Translations under genes and position numbers: made by a program
In this document: positions 29,413 through 44,634 of the stretch, piece after piece
Numbering within the stretch: position 1 is the stretch's first letter
Layout of the letters: every line of letters begins with the position of its first letter
The notes under the pieces: model-generated
Seen by the model: only the letters and a program-made list of their open reading frames with translations
Told to the model about the DNA's origin: nothing
The model's database searches: none
Origin: Octopus vulgaris
Taxonomy: Eukaryota
DNA length: 64,000 bases
Assembly (NCBI GenBank): GCA_951406725.2
Contig: OX597830.1
Location: 44,826,001-44,890,000, forward strand
Reading direction: 5' to 3'

Positions 29413-29493
29413 TTCCTGATGAAGGGGCCGCTGCCGGTTTGGTGTTTTAATGTGTAATGGATCGTGGCAGTGGCTCTTGAAACGGCCGTAGAC
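29413..29493 (+). ncRNA. Type-I hammerhead ribozyme motif with canonical core (Penelope-type)
   Basis: CTGATGA-AGGGGCCGCTGCC..GGCAGTGGCTCTT-GAAAC-GGCC-GTA; 13-bp stem II with G-U pairs, palindromic stem III; stem I weak. Confidence 0.65.
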
Positions 29494-29709
29494 GTGGATT
29501 TATTCTTACATTATTTTGGATTCCTTTTTCTTTGGGACTTGACGCCGGATGTATCCCGGATTCACTTAAAATTTAACAGTCTACCTAGTATATTATTTTC
29601 AATCGCCTCGCTATATACATTTATATTTTCTTCATATGTTTTTCTTCATACACTTTTTACAGTTTTTCACACGTTTTTTTTTTATATGTACATATACATG
29701 TACATTCTT

Positions 29710-30290
29710 ATAACTTCGGGTTTGGTGTCACAAGAAGTTTTGTTCGTCTCTCGCTCAACTGCACCTCACACTTAATAATCAAGGGGTTGCAGTCTGGAGA
29801 GTAAGGTGGCCAGACGTTAGCGATGATGTGGTTGCAGAAATTGTCTGACAGGCATAGGGGTCTCTCGGCAGTCAACCTCTTGACCCAGGACAGCACTACC
29901 TCCTCCAGGCCTCCGTGTTGAATCAGAGGCCGTGTGAGAAGATGACTGGAGGTATAACTTCGCAATCACTAATGATCACTCCAAAAACCATGATGTTCAC
30001 AGTATGTTTGATTTTTATCTCTCTTGGTACATGTCCTCAGATTGCAGTCCTCAGATTGACACCCAAACATTCTTAAATGTTCGTATTGGAACTTCCGGCG
30101 CGAATGCCAAGCAGTACGGTATGTCATTTCCAAATTTTTGGCAGCGTGAATCGCGTCATTGTGTTGTTTTTCTTACAGACGGTGCCCAACTGTCTCTACT
30201 ATACTGTGTAGTCGACAAAATACAAAAACAAAGAATGCAGCTACGCGAAATTTAAAATATAAAATGGCAACAATTTACATATTGCACCCT
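29710..30290 (-). mobile_element. Tc1/mariner-superfamily (maT-like) relic
   Basis: LEEVVLSWVKR, LSDNFCNHI..NVWPPYSPDCNPL. Confidence 0.7.
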
Positions 30291-30409
30291 CTCTCCCCTC
30301 TCTATCCCTCTTTCTCTCTCCCGTTCTTTCTCTCTCTCTAGCTGTCTCTCTCTGTTCTCTCTCTCTCTATATATATATATATGTGTGTATACACACGCAC
30401 ACACACACG

Positions 30410-30503
<94 letters not shown>

Positions 30504-30610
30504 GCATGAATATATCCTTGGGTGTATTTCATTTGAGAGGTTTTTATTCAGATTTTATTCTCTCGGATATAGATGAATATATGCTGTCTACTATTTTATT
30601 GGATCAGTTA

Positions 30611-30677
30611 ATGTCTAGAGAATGTGTTGTGATACATTGCTTCGTTGTGATTCTTTACAGTATGGGTTGTGTAAAAT
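30611..30677 (+). CDS. Coding exon 1 of secreted triple PAN/Apple-domain protein (putative signal peptide MSRECVVIHCFVVILYSMGCVK)
   Basis: ATG at 30611, hydrophobic stretch, phase-1 donor T|GTAAAT at 30677/30678 compatible with exon 2; ATG and donor conserved in the paralogous block at 15736-15800. Confidence 0.6.
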
Positions 30678-32357
30678 GTAAATATTTTATTGTCTGGTGA
30701 TTATACAAGGAATGTTTTGTATGCAGAGAATAGGATTATTTGAGATATACGATTAAATTGAAAGACAAAAAGATCTTGATATTATTGTTCTATTCTTTTC
30801 CTTGATATCTTTATCTGTCATTCCCAAGTTGATTGTGGTCAGGTCGCTGTAAAGTCTCGTGTTTCATGCATACTATTATTACTTCTTATCCATTCTTGTC
30901 TTCAAATGATGGTACATGTTCCAGTGAAGATAGATTCCTTTCCAGGAAAAAAATTGCTCTTGGCAAGGAATGAATCACAAGAAACTATGTTGTCAACTAT
31001 CTCATTATATTTTTACTTGTATAGTCTACGTTCCGCATACAGAAGGAAGTCTTACGAAATATTCCATCGTATTATTTTAAACCAATGCCTATTCAGTGAG
31101 TAATTTTCACACAAAAATTATTTTCTATGATCTGGTTAAATACATATTGGGGTATATTTTCTAACGAATATCTGATAAGACTAAAACATGTCCGGAGTTA
31201 TCCCCAGACTTACTAAAATTTAGTAATCAATTTCAATTTCGGAATTCTCTCCCTTCCATCTCTTGACAATGGTTATTATTCATTCAGGTGGGTTTTTTCT
31301 CTTCAATTCCTGTGTAATTTCGATTAATTAAAAAACTTTTTGGCTCACTACTCTTTGTCCTGCTCCTTATATACGTAATACTTTCACAATCTTTTCTGAA
31401 GTGTCTAGAATTTTTTCTTCCAAGAAATACTGAAGCTTCTTGTCTCAATTGAAATAGCATTTCCTTTTCTTTCTTCGTCTTCTCCTTTTTCCATTTCTGT
31501 TCCTCTCTCTTTATCTCACTCTCACTCCTCCTCTCCCTCTCTTTTTGTTTATCTTTCTATCCTTCTCCAATTTATCGCTCTCCCTCATTATTTCAATGGA
31601 TAATTTTATGGTGATGTAGTCGTGGGCATCGTCGTATTTATTTTCGATTTATGCTTGTAGAACTTCTCTTTCCTATTCATTTCATCTTTATTCTTTGTAA
31701 ATGAATGTTAAACGTGAATATGAAATATGAAATATTTTACAAAATAAATTTTCGTTGCAGTTCTCTTCTACATCTCATTGACACTTGGAAATGGACGTGA
31801 GTCGATTTATATCAATATATAGACCTATATGTGTGAAAATTATGAAAATCGCTACACAAACATTTAATTTATAAGTTCAGTGTCGGAAAATATTTTCCTT
31901 CTCAAAGTAAATTAGTTGAAAAGAAAATTTTAAAAACTGAGTTCAATAAAAAACAGCCGCATGATGACGAATTCAATTCTTAACATAATTTCTACTGGTT
32001 AAAATTCAATTTTTCGTCAGTTAGCAGGCACTTTGTTAAATTTGACCAAGTGCTGACATTGGGGCAAACTTTACAACAGACAACCTTTAAACATTATAGA
32101 ACTTGGCATATGAATCATTTAAATAATAGAATTAATTAAACAACTTTAGAAACTCATATTTATTGAACAGATAATATATTCCAAGATGCTTTGTACCTAC
32201 ACTGTGGTAGTAACAACTTTATCCCTTCTTCCTGGTAAAGATATCAATGTTGATCGTCAAACATTTAATATTTAATTTTTTTATTATTATCTATATTCAC
32301 AATCTTTTATTATTGTCTTCGTATTTTGGTTATTTAATTTTCCTGGCTTTGTTACAG

Positions 32358-32615
32358 TTGAATATCTGAAGTATTTTTTGAAAGTAGAAAACTGCCTTCT
32401 CAAGGAAGGTAAAACATTGATGACACTTGACGTGGATGCCTCCAGCTGTTCGAAGAGGTGTTTGGAAACTTCTGCATGTAAATCCTTCGTGATTAGAACG
32501 ATAAGTCCAAGCTGTATTTTATACGAAGATGACGCGACAGAGAAGATACTAATAGAAGCAACTAATACCTATTTTTATCAGTTGAGAAGATCTGTGCCGA
32601 CCAAGTATACAGACG
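32358..32615 (+). CDS. Coding exon 2: PAN/Apple-like domain 1
   Basis: Acceptor ctttgttacag, donor G|GTAAAC, 258 nt phase 1-1; CSKRCLETSACKSF...SCILY...TYFYQ fits PAN C-x3-C-x5-C-x2-F...C-x-L pattern; duplicated at 57895. Confidence 0.85.
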
Positions 32616-32826
32616 GTAAACAAATTTGAATCTTTTTGTGTTTATTTCATTCCTTGACTTGTATTCTATGTTTTATTCCAAAGAGAGACAATACTGTCGG
32701 CACTTGAAAAGTCTCAACGATTTCTCTGGTCAATGTAGAATGGTGTCTGTAGATAAAAATTATTTGTAGAGATTTCGTTTCAGAGAGTGAAAATTTTAAT
32801 TGTGGATTGGGACACAAAATCCCCAA

Positions 32827-32884
<58 letters not shown>

Positions 32885-32987
32885 TGTTGTAGTAGTTAAG
32901 TAGAGGGGAACGGTTTTATAAGTCATCATTGACAGCTAGAAACCCAGAACAGATAGATTGAAAGATAGAGAGAGAGAGGGGGGAGGG

Positions 32988-33081
<94 letters not shown>

Positions 33082-33089
33082 GTAGGTAG

Positions 33090-33164
<75 letters not shown>

Positions 33165-33214
33165 TGGTTGGTTGATAAATAAATAGAGAGAGAGATAGAA
33201 AGAGAGAGATCTGA

Positions 33215-34100
33215 TCATCCACATCATATAATTCAGTCAAATCCGAATTCCCAATTTTTGCGGATAAAATGGATTTGTACAGACATAGGGAGTTTCTGGA
33301 AACATGCAAATGCTCTTGTACGCCATTATGTCAAACGCGGTTACAGTGAATCACGATAAAAGAAAATAGCAAATGAGATAGCTAAGATTAGCAAAGAAAG
33401 TCTAACTTTCAAGAATAATTTTAGCAAACAACTTTAGTACAATATGTGACATAATTCCTTTAGTAATTAACTGACACCGAAATTTCGCTGGCATTTCAAA
33501 AGTGTTGCATGAAAGTTACCAGCATGTTGCGGAAACTTATCCTCGTTTCGAACAAATATTTCCTCAGCCGCCTATTGTAGTCTTTAGATGAGATAAGAAT
33601 ATAAGAGAACTATTAACCTCTTCTTCTGCACGCTGTTCCTTAAAAAAACAGCCGCAAGAGAGGAAAAGCTTGTTCATCGTGCAACATGTGTCAAGTGAAT
33701 TCCATCAGGAATCACAACAGAAATGCTATAATTTATACACAAGGTGGGACATGTAGAGATTCCCATTTGGTGTACGCGGCAGAATGCACGAAAGACAACT
33801 TGATTTATGTTGGTTGTACAACAGAACAATTAAACAAAATATTTAATGGGCACAGATATGACGTCAGGCACAATGACAGTAGTTCGACAGAACTTGCCGA
33901 ACATTTTGCTGCAAAAGGATGCAATTTTGAAAAAGACTTGAAAGTGCGTATTCTCAGAAAATATTCTGAATTTGCTACACGTTCAATACTCAAAATGCAT
34001 GAGAAGAAATATATTTGCGTGTTATTAAGATCGCGCCCTGGAGGAATGACTAAAATGACAGGAGAATTCCATCATATTTACACAAAATTGCTTGATTCTT
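33215..34100 (+). mobile_element. Penelope-like element relic with GIY-YIG endonuclease (in PAN intron 2)
   Basis: TCRDSHLVYAAECTKDNLIYVGCTTEQLNKIFNGHR...ELAEHF; upstream PPIVVFR motif. Confidence 0.82.
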
Positions 34101-34149
34101 CTCTATTCTTTTCTCTTTTCTTTTCTTTTTCCTCCTTTTTCTTTCTTTT

Positions 34150-34560
34150 TCTTTTTACCAGTTGTAGACAGATTCAGATCGTTCATATAAAACAGATGAT
34201 TTACTATAATATTATACATTTCGAACCCATGCCTGGTGTTACACAGTTCGTTTGAAAGTGGGATCAATGGCATGCAAAAGAGTAATGGGTTGAAGGAGTC
34301 ACCTTTGAGAGATGTCTCGTTCAATGTTGATGTTGTTAGATTGGCTCATCCCATTACTATGGTTTAGAAAGAGACGTGAATTCCACTTCGCCATGGTACC
34401 CTGTAATAATTTGGAAACTACGACATTTATTTATGCCACCGTAAGCTGTTTTCCTCTGCTTCGATACAGTCCAGGCAACTGATCAAAACTCTCCCACCCT
34501 TTCGTTTGGACAAGTACAGCCTATCGGTGTCGCTCAATATTTTTCTGGTCTAGGTATCCA
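34150..34560 (-). mobile_element. Dong/R4-like RT fragment
   Basis: GDSFNPLLFCMPLIPLS...VNHLFYMNDL. Confidence 0.7.
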
Positions 34561-34606
34561 TTCTCATTACTTCTCTTTTTTTGCCATCTTCATCATCATC
34601 ATCATC

Positions 34607-34677
<71 letters not shown>

Positions 34678-34720
34678 CATCATCATTTATCATCATCATC
34701 ATCATCATCATCATCATTAA

Positions 34721-34843
<123 letters not shown>

Positions 34844-35106
34844 TGCAGCGTGGAAGGTGTTTATAAGCCATTTAAAACACACACAAAACCGTTAGATTCA
34901 CTTCGGCATTTAAATTTAATTTGCCAAAATATTTTCGTCGCTTTGAGACCGCGACCTGTTCACTGACAAAATTCCGTGTTGCATCAATGAACAGGTCGCG
35001 GTCTCAAAGCGACGAAAATATTTTGGCAAATTAAATTTAAATGCCGAAGTGAATCTAACGGTTTTTGAGGGGTTTTAAATGGCTTATAAACACCTTCCAC
35101 GCTGCA
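34844..35106. repeat. Inverted repeat with ~118-bp arms (Penelope-type terminus)
   Basis: 34844-34962 is a near-perfect reverse complement of 34988-35106. Confidence 0.92.
34920..34970 (-). ncRNA. Minimal type-I hammerhead-like motif with G3-C8 swapped core
   Basis: Minus: TTTGTCA-GTGAACA-G-GTCGC-ggtctcaaa-GCGAC-GAAAATATTT-TGGCAAA. Confidence 0.55.
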
Positions 35107-35199
35107 ATTGTTTTCGTTCTAACACACGATCTGAGATCAGGTCACTTGCTATGCAAGTACATCTCCGTAATTATTATTATTATTATTATTATTATTTTT

Positions 35200-35560
35200 A
35201 TATGAAAACTAACAGATTATTTTGCTGGGTATAATGGAAAGTCCCAGCAGACTAAGGTGACACTTGTTTACTTGTCATGCTTCAAGAACCCCGCGAAGAA
35301 TTCTTGCAGTTCGAAGCAATGCTGATTTTTTAACGTATTCTACCTGGGCACTTGTACCGATCTTTTTCAGCCATCAGCCATGTTGGTAGTGCTCATACTT
35401 CCAAATGCACCAATTACTATTGGTATCATGTCTACTCTCTTCATTGACCACAACCTTCGTATTTTTCGCGTTAAATTGTCATAGTGTATTTTTTCTTCTT
35501 CTTTCACATTGATTCTGTTGTCACCGTGGCATACTATGTGAATTATCATTTATGTTCTTT
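35200..35560 (-). mobile_element. Dong/R4-like LINE 3' fragment
   Basis: KEEEKIHYDNL...LWSMKRVDMIPIVIGAFGS; SALLRTARIL. Confidence 0.72.
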
Positions 35561-35576
35561 CTTTTTTATTCACCAC

Positions 35577-39587
<4,011 letters not shown>

Positions 39588-39720
39588 CTTTACCCAGTAT
39601 TTTTTATCTATTCATTATTTTTCATTGAACTAAAACAATAAAACTCTTCACCATAAAAGCAGCCCGCCACAATTAAGAAAACCGAACCAAAACGTTCATT
39701 TACCTTTTCTATTCTTTCAG

Positions 39721-39951
39721 GAAGATGTCCTGTGGATTTCATTTACAGCGGTTATCTTCTTGATAACAATGATTTGGGTGTCACGTCTAATATTAATTTT
39801 AGGCAGTGTTTCAACAAATGTGAAGCAGAACCAACCTGTCAATCATTTGACTACTACTTTAATACGAATGAATGCTACATGTCAACTCATAACCATACTA
39901 ACGGAGTTTTGCGTTGCATCAAAAATGACGTTTACATTGAAATAAACAGAA
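39721..39951 (+). CDS. Coding exon 3: PAN/Apple-like domain 2
   Basis: Acceptor tttctattctttcag, donor A|GTAAGT, 231 nt phase 1-1; QCFNKCEAEPTCQSFDYYFNTNECYMS...VYIE is a typical PAN motif. Confidence 0.88.
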
Positions 39952-40504
39952 GTAAGTGTAAATTCGCTTTACATTTCCTTATACTTTTCTTCTATCTAGA
40001 CCTCTTCATCCAAGTGCTTCCTCCTGTTTTGTTTAGTCCGTGCTTATGGACTATATATATTTATTTGTGTGTATGTTTGTGTGCGTGTGTGTGTGTGCAC
40101 GTGTATAAATGCAGGTGTGTGTGTCCGTGCATGTGTGTTGTGTGTGTGTGCGTGTGTGTGTGTATGTGTGTGTATGTGCATGTGTGTGTTTCAACGCGTG
40201 TTATTGTGTATGTGTTTGTCGCCCATTACCTCTTGACAATGGTGTTACTGAGTTTACGTTCACGTAACTTAGCGGTTTGGCAAAAGGAACCGAAAAAAGA
40301 ATTAAGGACTTGGGTCAATTCGTTCAACTAAAATTATTCGAGGCGGTTAATGATGTCGAACAATTCGACCCTAGCCCTTAATGATGTTATCATTAAAGGC
40401 ATGGAACTGTGTATTAATGTCCCTGTTGCTAACTGAGGAAGAAATAGGGACCTTCTCTGTCTCTCCTATGCGTACGTTTTTTAGTATTTAATGCATTTTA
40501 TATA

Positions 40505-40805
40505 TATATATATTGTTTCTTACTGGTCTCAACAGAATCCACGTCGTGGTGTTTTGTCGGTAGTAAGCATAATAGCTGTAAGTTTAAAGTTGAGTGTAAT
40601 AAAAAAAGTTCATAATTGTTTCTTACTGGTCTCAACAGAATCCACGTAGTTGTTTTTAGCTGTGATATGTGTCCGAATGACCAGTGGCTGAAATGGCAGT
40701 AGCAGCAGTGACTGTTGGTAATAGTAGTAGTAACCGTTACCGACAAAACACCACCACGTGGATTCTGTTGAGACCAGTAAGAAACAATTATGAACTTTTT
40801 TATTA
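40505..40805. repeat. Rearranged direct and inverted repeat with decayed hammerhead-like motifs
   Basis: ttgtttcttactggtctcaacagaatccacgt twice, plus its reverse complement at ~40756-40790. Confidence 0.8.
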
Positions 40806-40986
40806 CACTTAACTTTTTAAAATATTTTGATAAGGTTCGTTTTTTCAAGAAGAACCGAAACATGTAAAATTTCTTAGAAAATTAAAATTTATCTTATATA
40901 GTGGCGTTTTCAAACTTCTTTTTTATAAATATATACCCACTCGTATACGATCAACACTTATTATAAATATATATATATGCACACAC

Positions 40987-41055
<69 letters not shown>

Positions 41056-41489
41056 GGATTTTAGTATTAAAGAAATCATTAATGTTATCATATCCACGAG
41101 AGAAATAGGAGACTATTTTATTTTTATTTCATTTCAGAACTTTGGAATGACCTTAACCAGCCCCTTACACTGGAGAAGATTAACTCCGTGGGATGTGATA
41201 TAAGTGTTTTCGGCTCTTATTACTTCGTTCGCAGTAAAACCATTTTTTATTGTTTACTTATTGTGTTCTTTGTTTCTGTTCCTTGTTCCTCATCTTTAAT
41301 TCATTGATCTTTCTCCAGTTCTTGCCGAAAGAACTGAAATTAATAAATATCCATTTCTTTCACATTGCATTATTATTTCTACTTAGAGTCTTAATTTCTA
41401 CTTAGAGTCTTGATTCTTAGTTAAATAAATTAGCAGTAAATTAATAATTAACATCCTTTCAAAAGGATGTCGTAAAACTAATCCACAAG

Positions 41490-42754
41490 TACGCGGTGGT
41501 ATCAAAAACTTCCCGGACTTGATACGTTTTGAAAAATAACTTGTTTACCTAAGTTTTCACATCAAATCCTTTGAAATAGTCACCTTGCGCAACAATACTC
41601 TAGCCTCAGCATTCCCGCCACTTTTAGCTTGGAAGTAGTTTTCCTTAAGCGAGTTGGAAACCTTCTGCGTTTCGATCTGGATTTTGACAATGGTGTTCAG
41701 ACGGTGGCCTTTAAGCTGCCTTTTTATCTTGGGGAAGAGATGGAAATTCGCAGGTACTAAATCTGGCGAATAGGACAGGCGCGGAAGCGTAATCATGTTT
41801 TTGGCGAGAAACTCACGAGTAAGGATGCATTGTCGTCACAAATCCGGTCGCTTTTTGCCGAATGTCCTCTCTAAAACACTTCAAAATATCACAGTAGAAC
41901 TCTCGACTGATGGTCTGACCCTGGCGGTCGAAATCTAAATGGTCAATACCTCAGATGTCGAAAAAAAGATGAGCATGCTTTTCATTGAGCTGCGGATCTG
42001 TCGGGTTGAGTTCGGTCGTGGAGATGAAGGACTTCTCCATTTTGACAATTGCTGCTTCACCTCAGAATCGTACTCGTAGACTCAACTTTCATCACCAGCG
42101 ATGATCCTCAACATGAAGTATGGGTCATCAAGGCTGACGGAGAACTTGACAAATTCGGAGCGATGTTTTTTCTGCTCAGTCATCAACAGTGGGGAGAACT
42201 TGGTAGAGACATGCCGCATGTTCAATTCAGACGTTAAGATTGTCTGCACAAATCCATACGACAGACCAACAACATCAGCAATGTCGTTGATTATCTACCT
42301 ACGATCCTCATTCAGAAGCTGATGGATTTTTTCCACATCTCCGAGGAGTGACGCCCGTCGCAGATCTTCCAAATCGCTCATCGTCTTCCAGGGATGTTCT
42401 GCTTTTGAAAAGCCCGTGCCACTCTACATATTGCGTACAACCAATTGCCTCGTTAACCTTAGCTTGCAGAAGCATGTTCAATGTCTCTGTAACAGACATC
42501 CCAAGGTTAATGCTGCAAAAGTTCACGTTGGCTTTTTGTTCTACCTTCTTGTCCATGACGAAATCGCAGACTACAGCGTACACGTGATGACAAAATCACA
42601 AATTTCACAACTTGCAATAAGTAAATACAGCGGTGTCACTCAGCACACTGTCTCATAACTATCGTTGGTAGCTCTCACTGCGCACTTAACCGTGTGCTGC
42701 CATCTGTGAGCGCGTTATAGAACTAGTCCGGGGATTGTTTGATACCACTTTGTA
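41490..42754 (-). mobile_element. Near full-length degenerate mariner (in PAN intron 3)
   Basis: TIRs tacgcggtggtatcaaaaacttcccggact / agtccggggattgtttgataccactttgta; YSPDLVPANFHLFPKIK; SLEDDERFGRS. Confidence 0.88.
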
Positions 42755-43174
42755 CATTTAAAATCTGGAAGATGAATTATTATTAATCGCCGTTTTCATT
42801 AAAAACACAACACGCTTCGTTACTAACTTGCACAGAAATACCTCAATAAATCTCGCTGGTAATACGAGAACCAGTCTACCTCCGAGATAACCAGCTACAT
42901 ACCCCTTCTCATTCTTCCGTCATACATGCTATTTCACCAGCCAGATCCCGCATCAATTATTATCCCAAATCCCTCCTTTCTAGATTATGCAACACCCAAG
43001 AACTCCATACTTACACTAACCTAAAGATGTCCAAACGGAATATTAGTAACATCAATCTATCGAATCAATAGACCATATCTATTCGTTTCCCTTGTACTTT
43101 GTCTGACTAGAGCAATAATTTAATTTATGCTTTTATATTTATTGTGTTTCCTCTTTCCATTTTTTCTATTGCAG

Positions 43175-43368
43175 AAAAAGAAATTAATGGCCAGACAGCT
43201 TATTCAACTTTTTCCTTCAAACCAAATCCATATCACAACCTTGTAACCGAGGCTCAAATGGATGCCCGATCGGTCTTGGATTGTTCACATTTATGTATAG
43301 TATCTTCTACATGTACCGCCTTTTCATATACTAACACTAAGTGCCAACTAAAGAAACTTGACCTTTAA
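43175..43368 (+). CDS. Terminal coding exon 4: PAN/Apple-like domain 3
   Basis: Acceptor ttttctattgcag, phase 1 matches exon 3; RSVLDCSHLCIVSSTCTAFSYTNTKCQL then TAA; AATAAA about 110 nt downstream. Confidence 0.8.
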
Positions 43369-43476
43369 TGGAATTCACCCCAAAATTATTTACTTCTCAA
43401 TGAAATGTGAGCAAGACTTCAACGGATCACGTTTGCTAGTAATAATTATATCAGATAAAATGTGTGTTTCTTTATC

Positions 43477-43482
43477 AATAAA
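43477..43482 (+). promoter_or_regulatory. Candidate polyadenylation signal of the PAN gene
   Basis: AATAAA about 110 nt after the stop codon, followed by a T-rich tract. Confidence 0.45.
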
Positions 43483-44634
43483 ATCAACTTAATTATGATA
43501 ATTCTTTTGTTAATTTATTTTATTTCTAATGTTTTTCGTCTTAAATTAGTCTTCTCTTATAAATCCATTCACACATTTGAAGGTTTATAAGATTTTAAAA
43601 TTTACCCTTGTACCAATGAAACACTTGGTTATTATTTTATCGACCTTTGAAGAATGAAACATTAAGTTAACCTGGACATCATTTAATCTCAAAACGTAAC
43701 GGGTCTAAACTAAATACTACAAACAGTTAAACCGAATCTTCAACACATTTTATCCATCATCTAAATAATATAGCAAATAAAAGACTTGCGCTTGGCTGAT
43801 TTCTTTTGAGAAATGATAGGATTTGCAATTCAAACGAAACAAAAAATTGCATTAAAGGTGTGTGAGAGTGGGGCCAGACGTGGCATGCAGACCATCATAT
43901 AACTTGATTGATATTTGCATTGCGTTTTTATTCTACACATCTGTTCTTCAAATTCAATGTGCACATACGCATCTTTTTTCCGGCTCCGACTCAAAACTGT
44001 TTATAGATCATAACCATCTCACCAACTGCATTCGTGAGGAGCACTTCACGCTCCGATGGTGTGAAATAAAAGCTGATGAAGGTAATACCGAAAACTTTTC
44101 TGAGGAATATGGTAAACAATTTATAGGAATCAATGTCTGTTCATTCGAACGTAGGGAAGCACCAAAAAATTCTAGAAACCATGATTGTTAATTTGAGTTT
44201 AGCTCTGGTCTCTCATAAACTATTTAAGCTGACTGATCTAAACTATCTTTATCAAGGATTACAAAACCAAATTGAAGTTTTGCGTTTCAGCACCTTCTTT
44301 GCAACGTCGGTACAGATTAAACGAAAATCCGAAATCAGTAGCAGGAAAAGCGTAATTCACTAGAGGTTCGTTTACAAATACAACAGCTCCGTGAGATCTT
44401 TTTGATTACTGGAGGGTTATACATAGCAGTGAAAAAAAATTGCAATACTGCAATTTAGTTTTCATTGGTTAAGTTTCAGATTTTTTTTTTCTTTTTTCAT
44501 AGTTTAGTGAAGAGGGGAGATGGCGGTGGATATGGATACGTCTTTATGGATTGGTGAGATCGATATGGTTAATCATTAGTTTGAAGATTTGTGTGTTGAT
44601 ATCTGTTGGGAAAATGGGATCAAGGATTGAATTT

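Noticed and set aside
33686-34255. GIY-YIG ORF as a homing endonuclease or host repair gene
   Set aside because: Cys-flanked Penelope-type signature, upstream frame broken by stops, and 3' end fused to an unrelated LINE fragment
39952-40331. Hydrophobic, Cys-rich C-terminal extension of ORF 39732-40331 as a transmembrane tail
   Set aside because: It lies after a strong GTAAGT donor and runs through (TG)n and a SINE fragment; intronic read-through
43850-44420. ORFs 43862-44191 and 44133-44363 as further PAN-gene exons
   Set aside because: They lie downstream of the stop and polyA signal and show no PAN motif; more likely a decayed DNA transposon, family not assignable by eye
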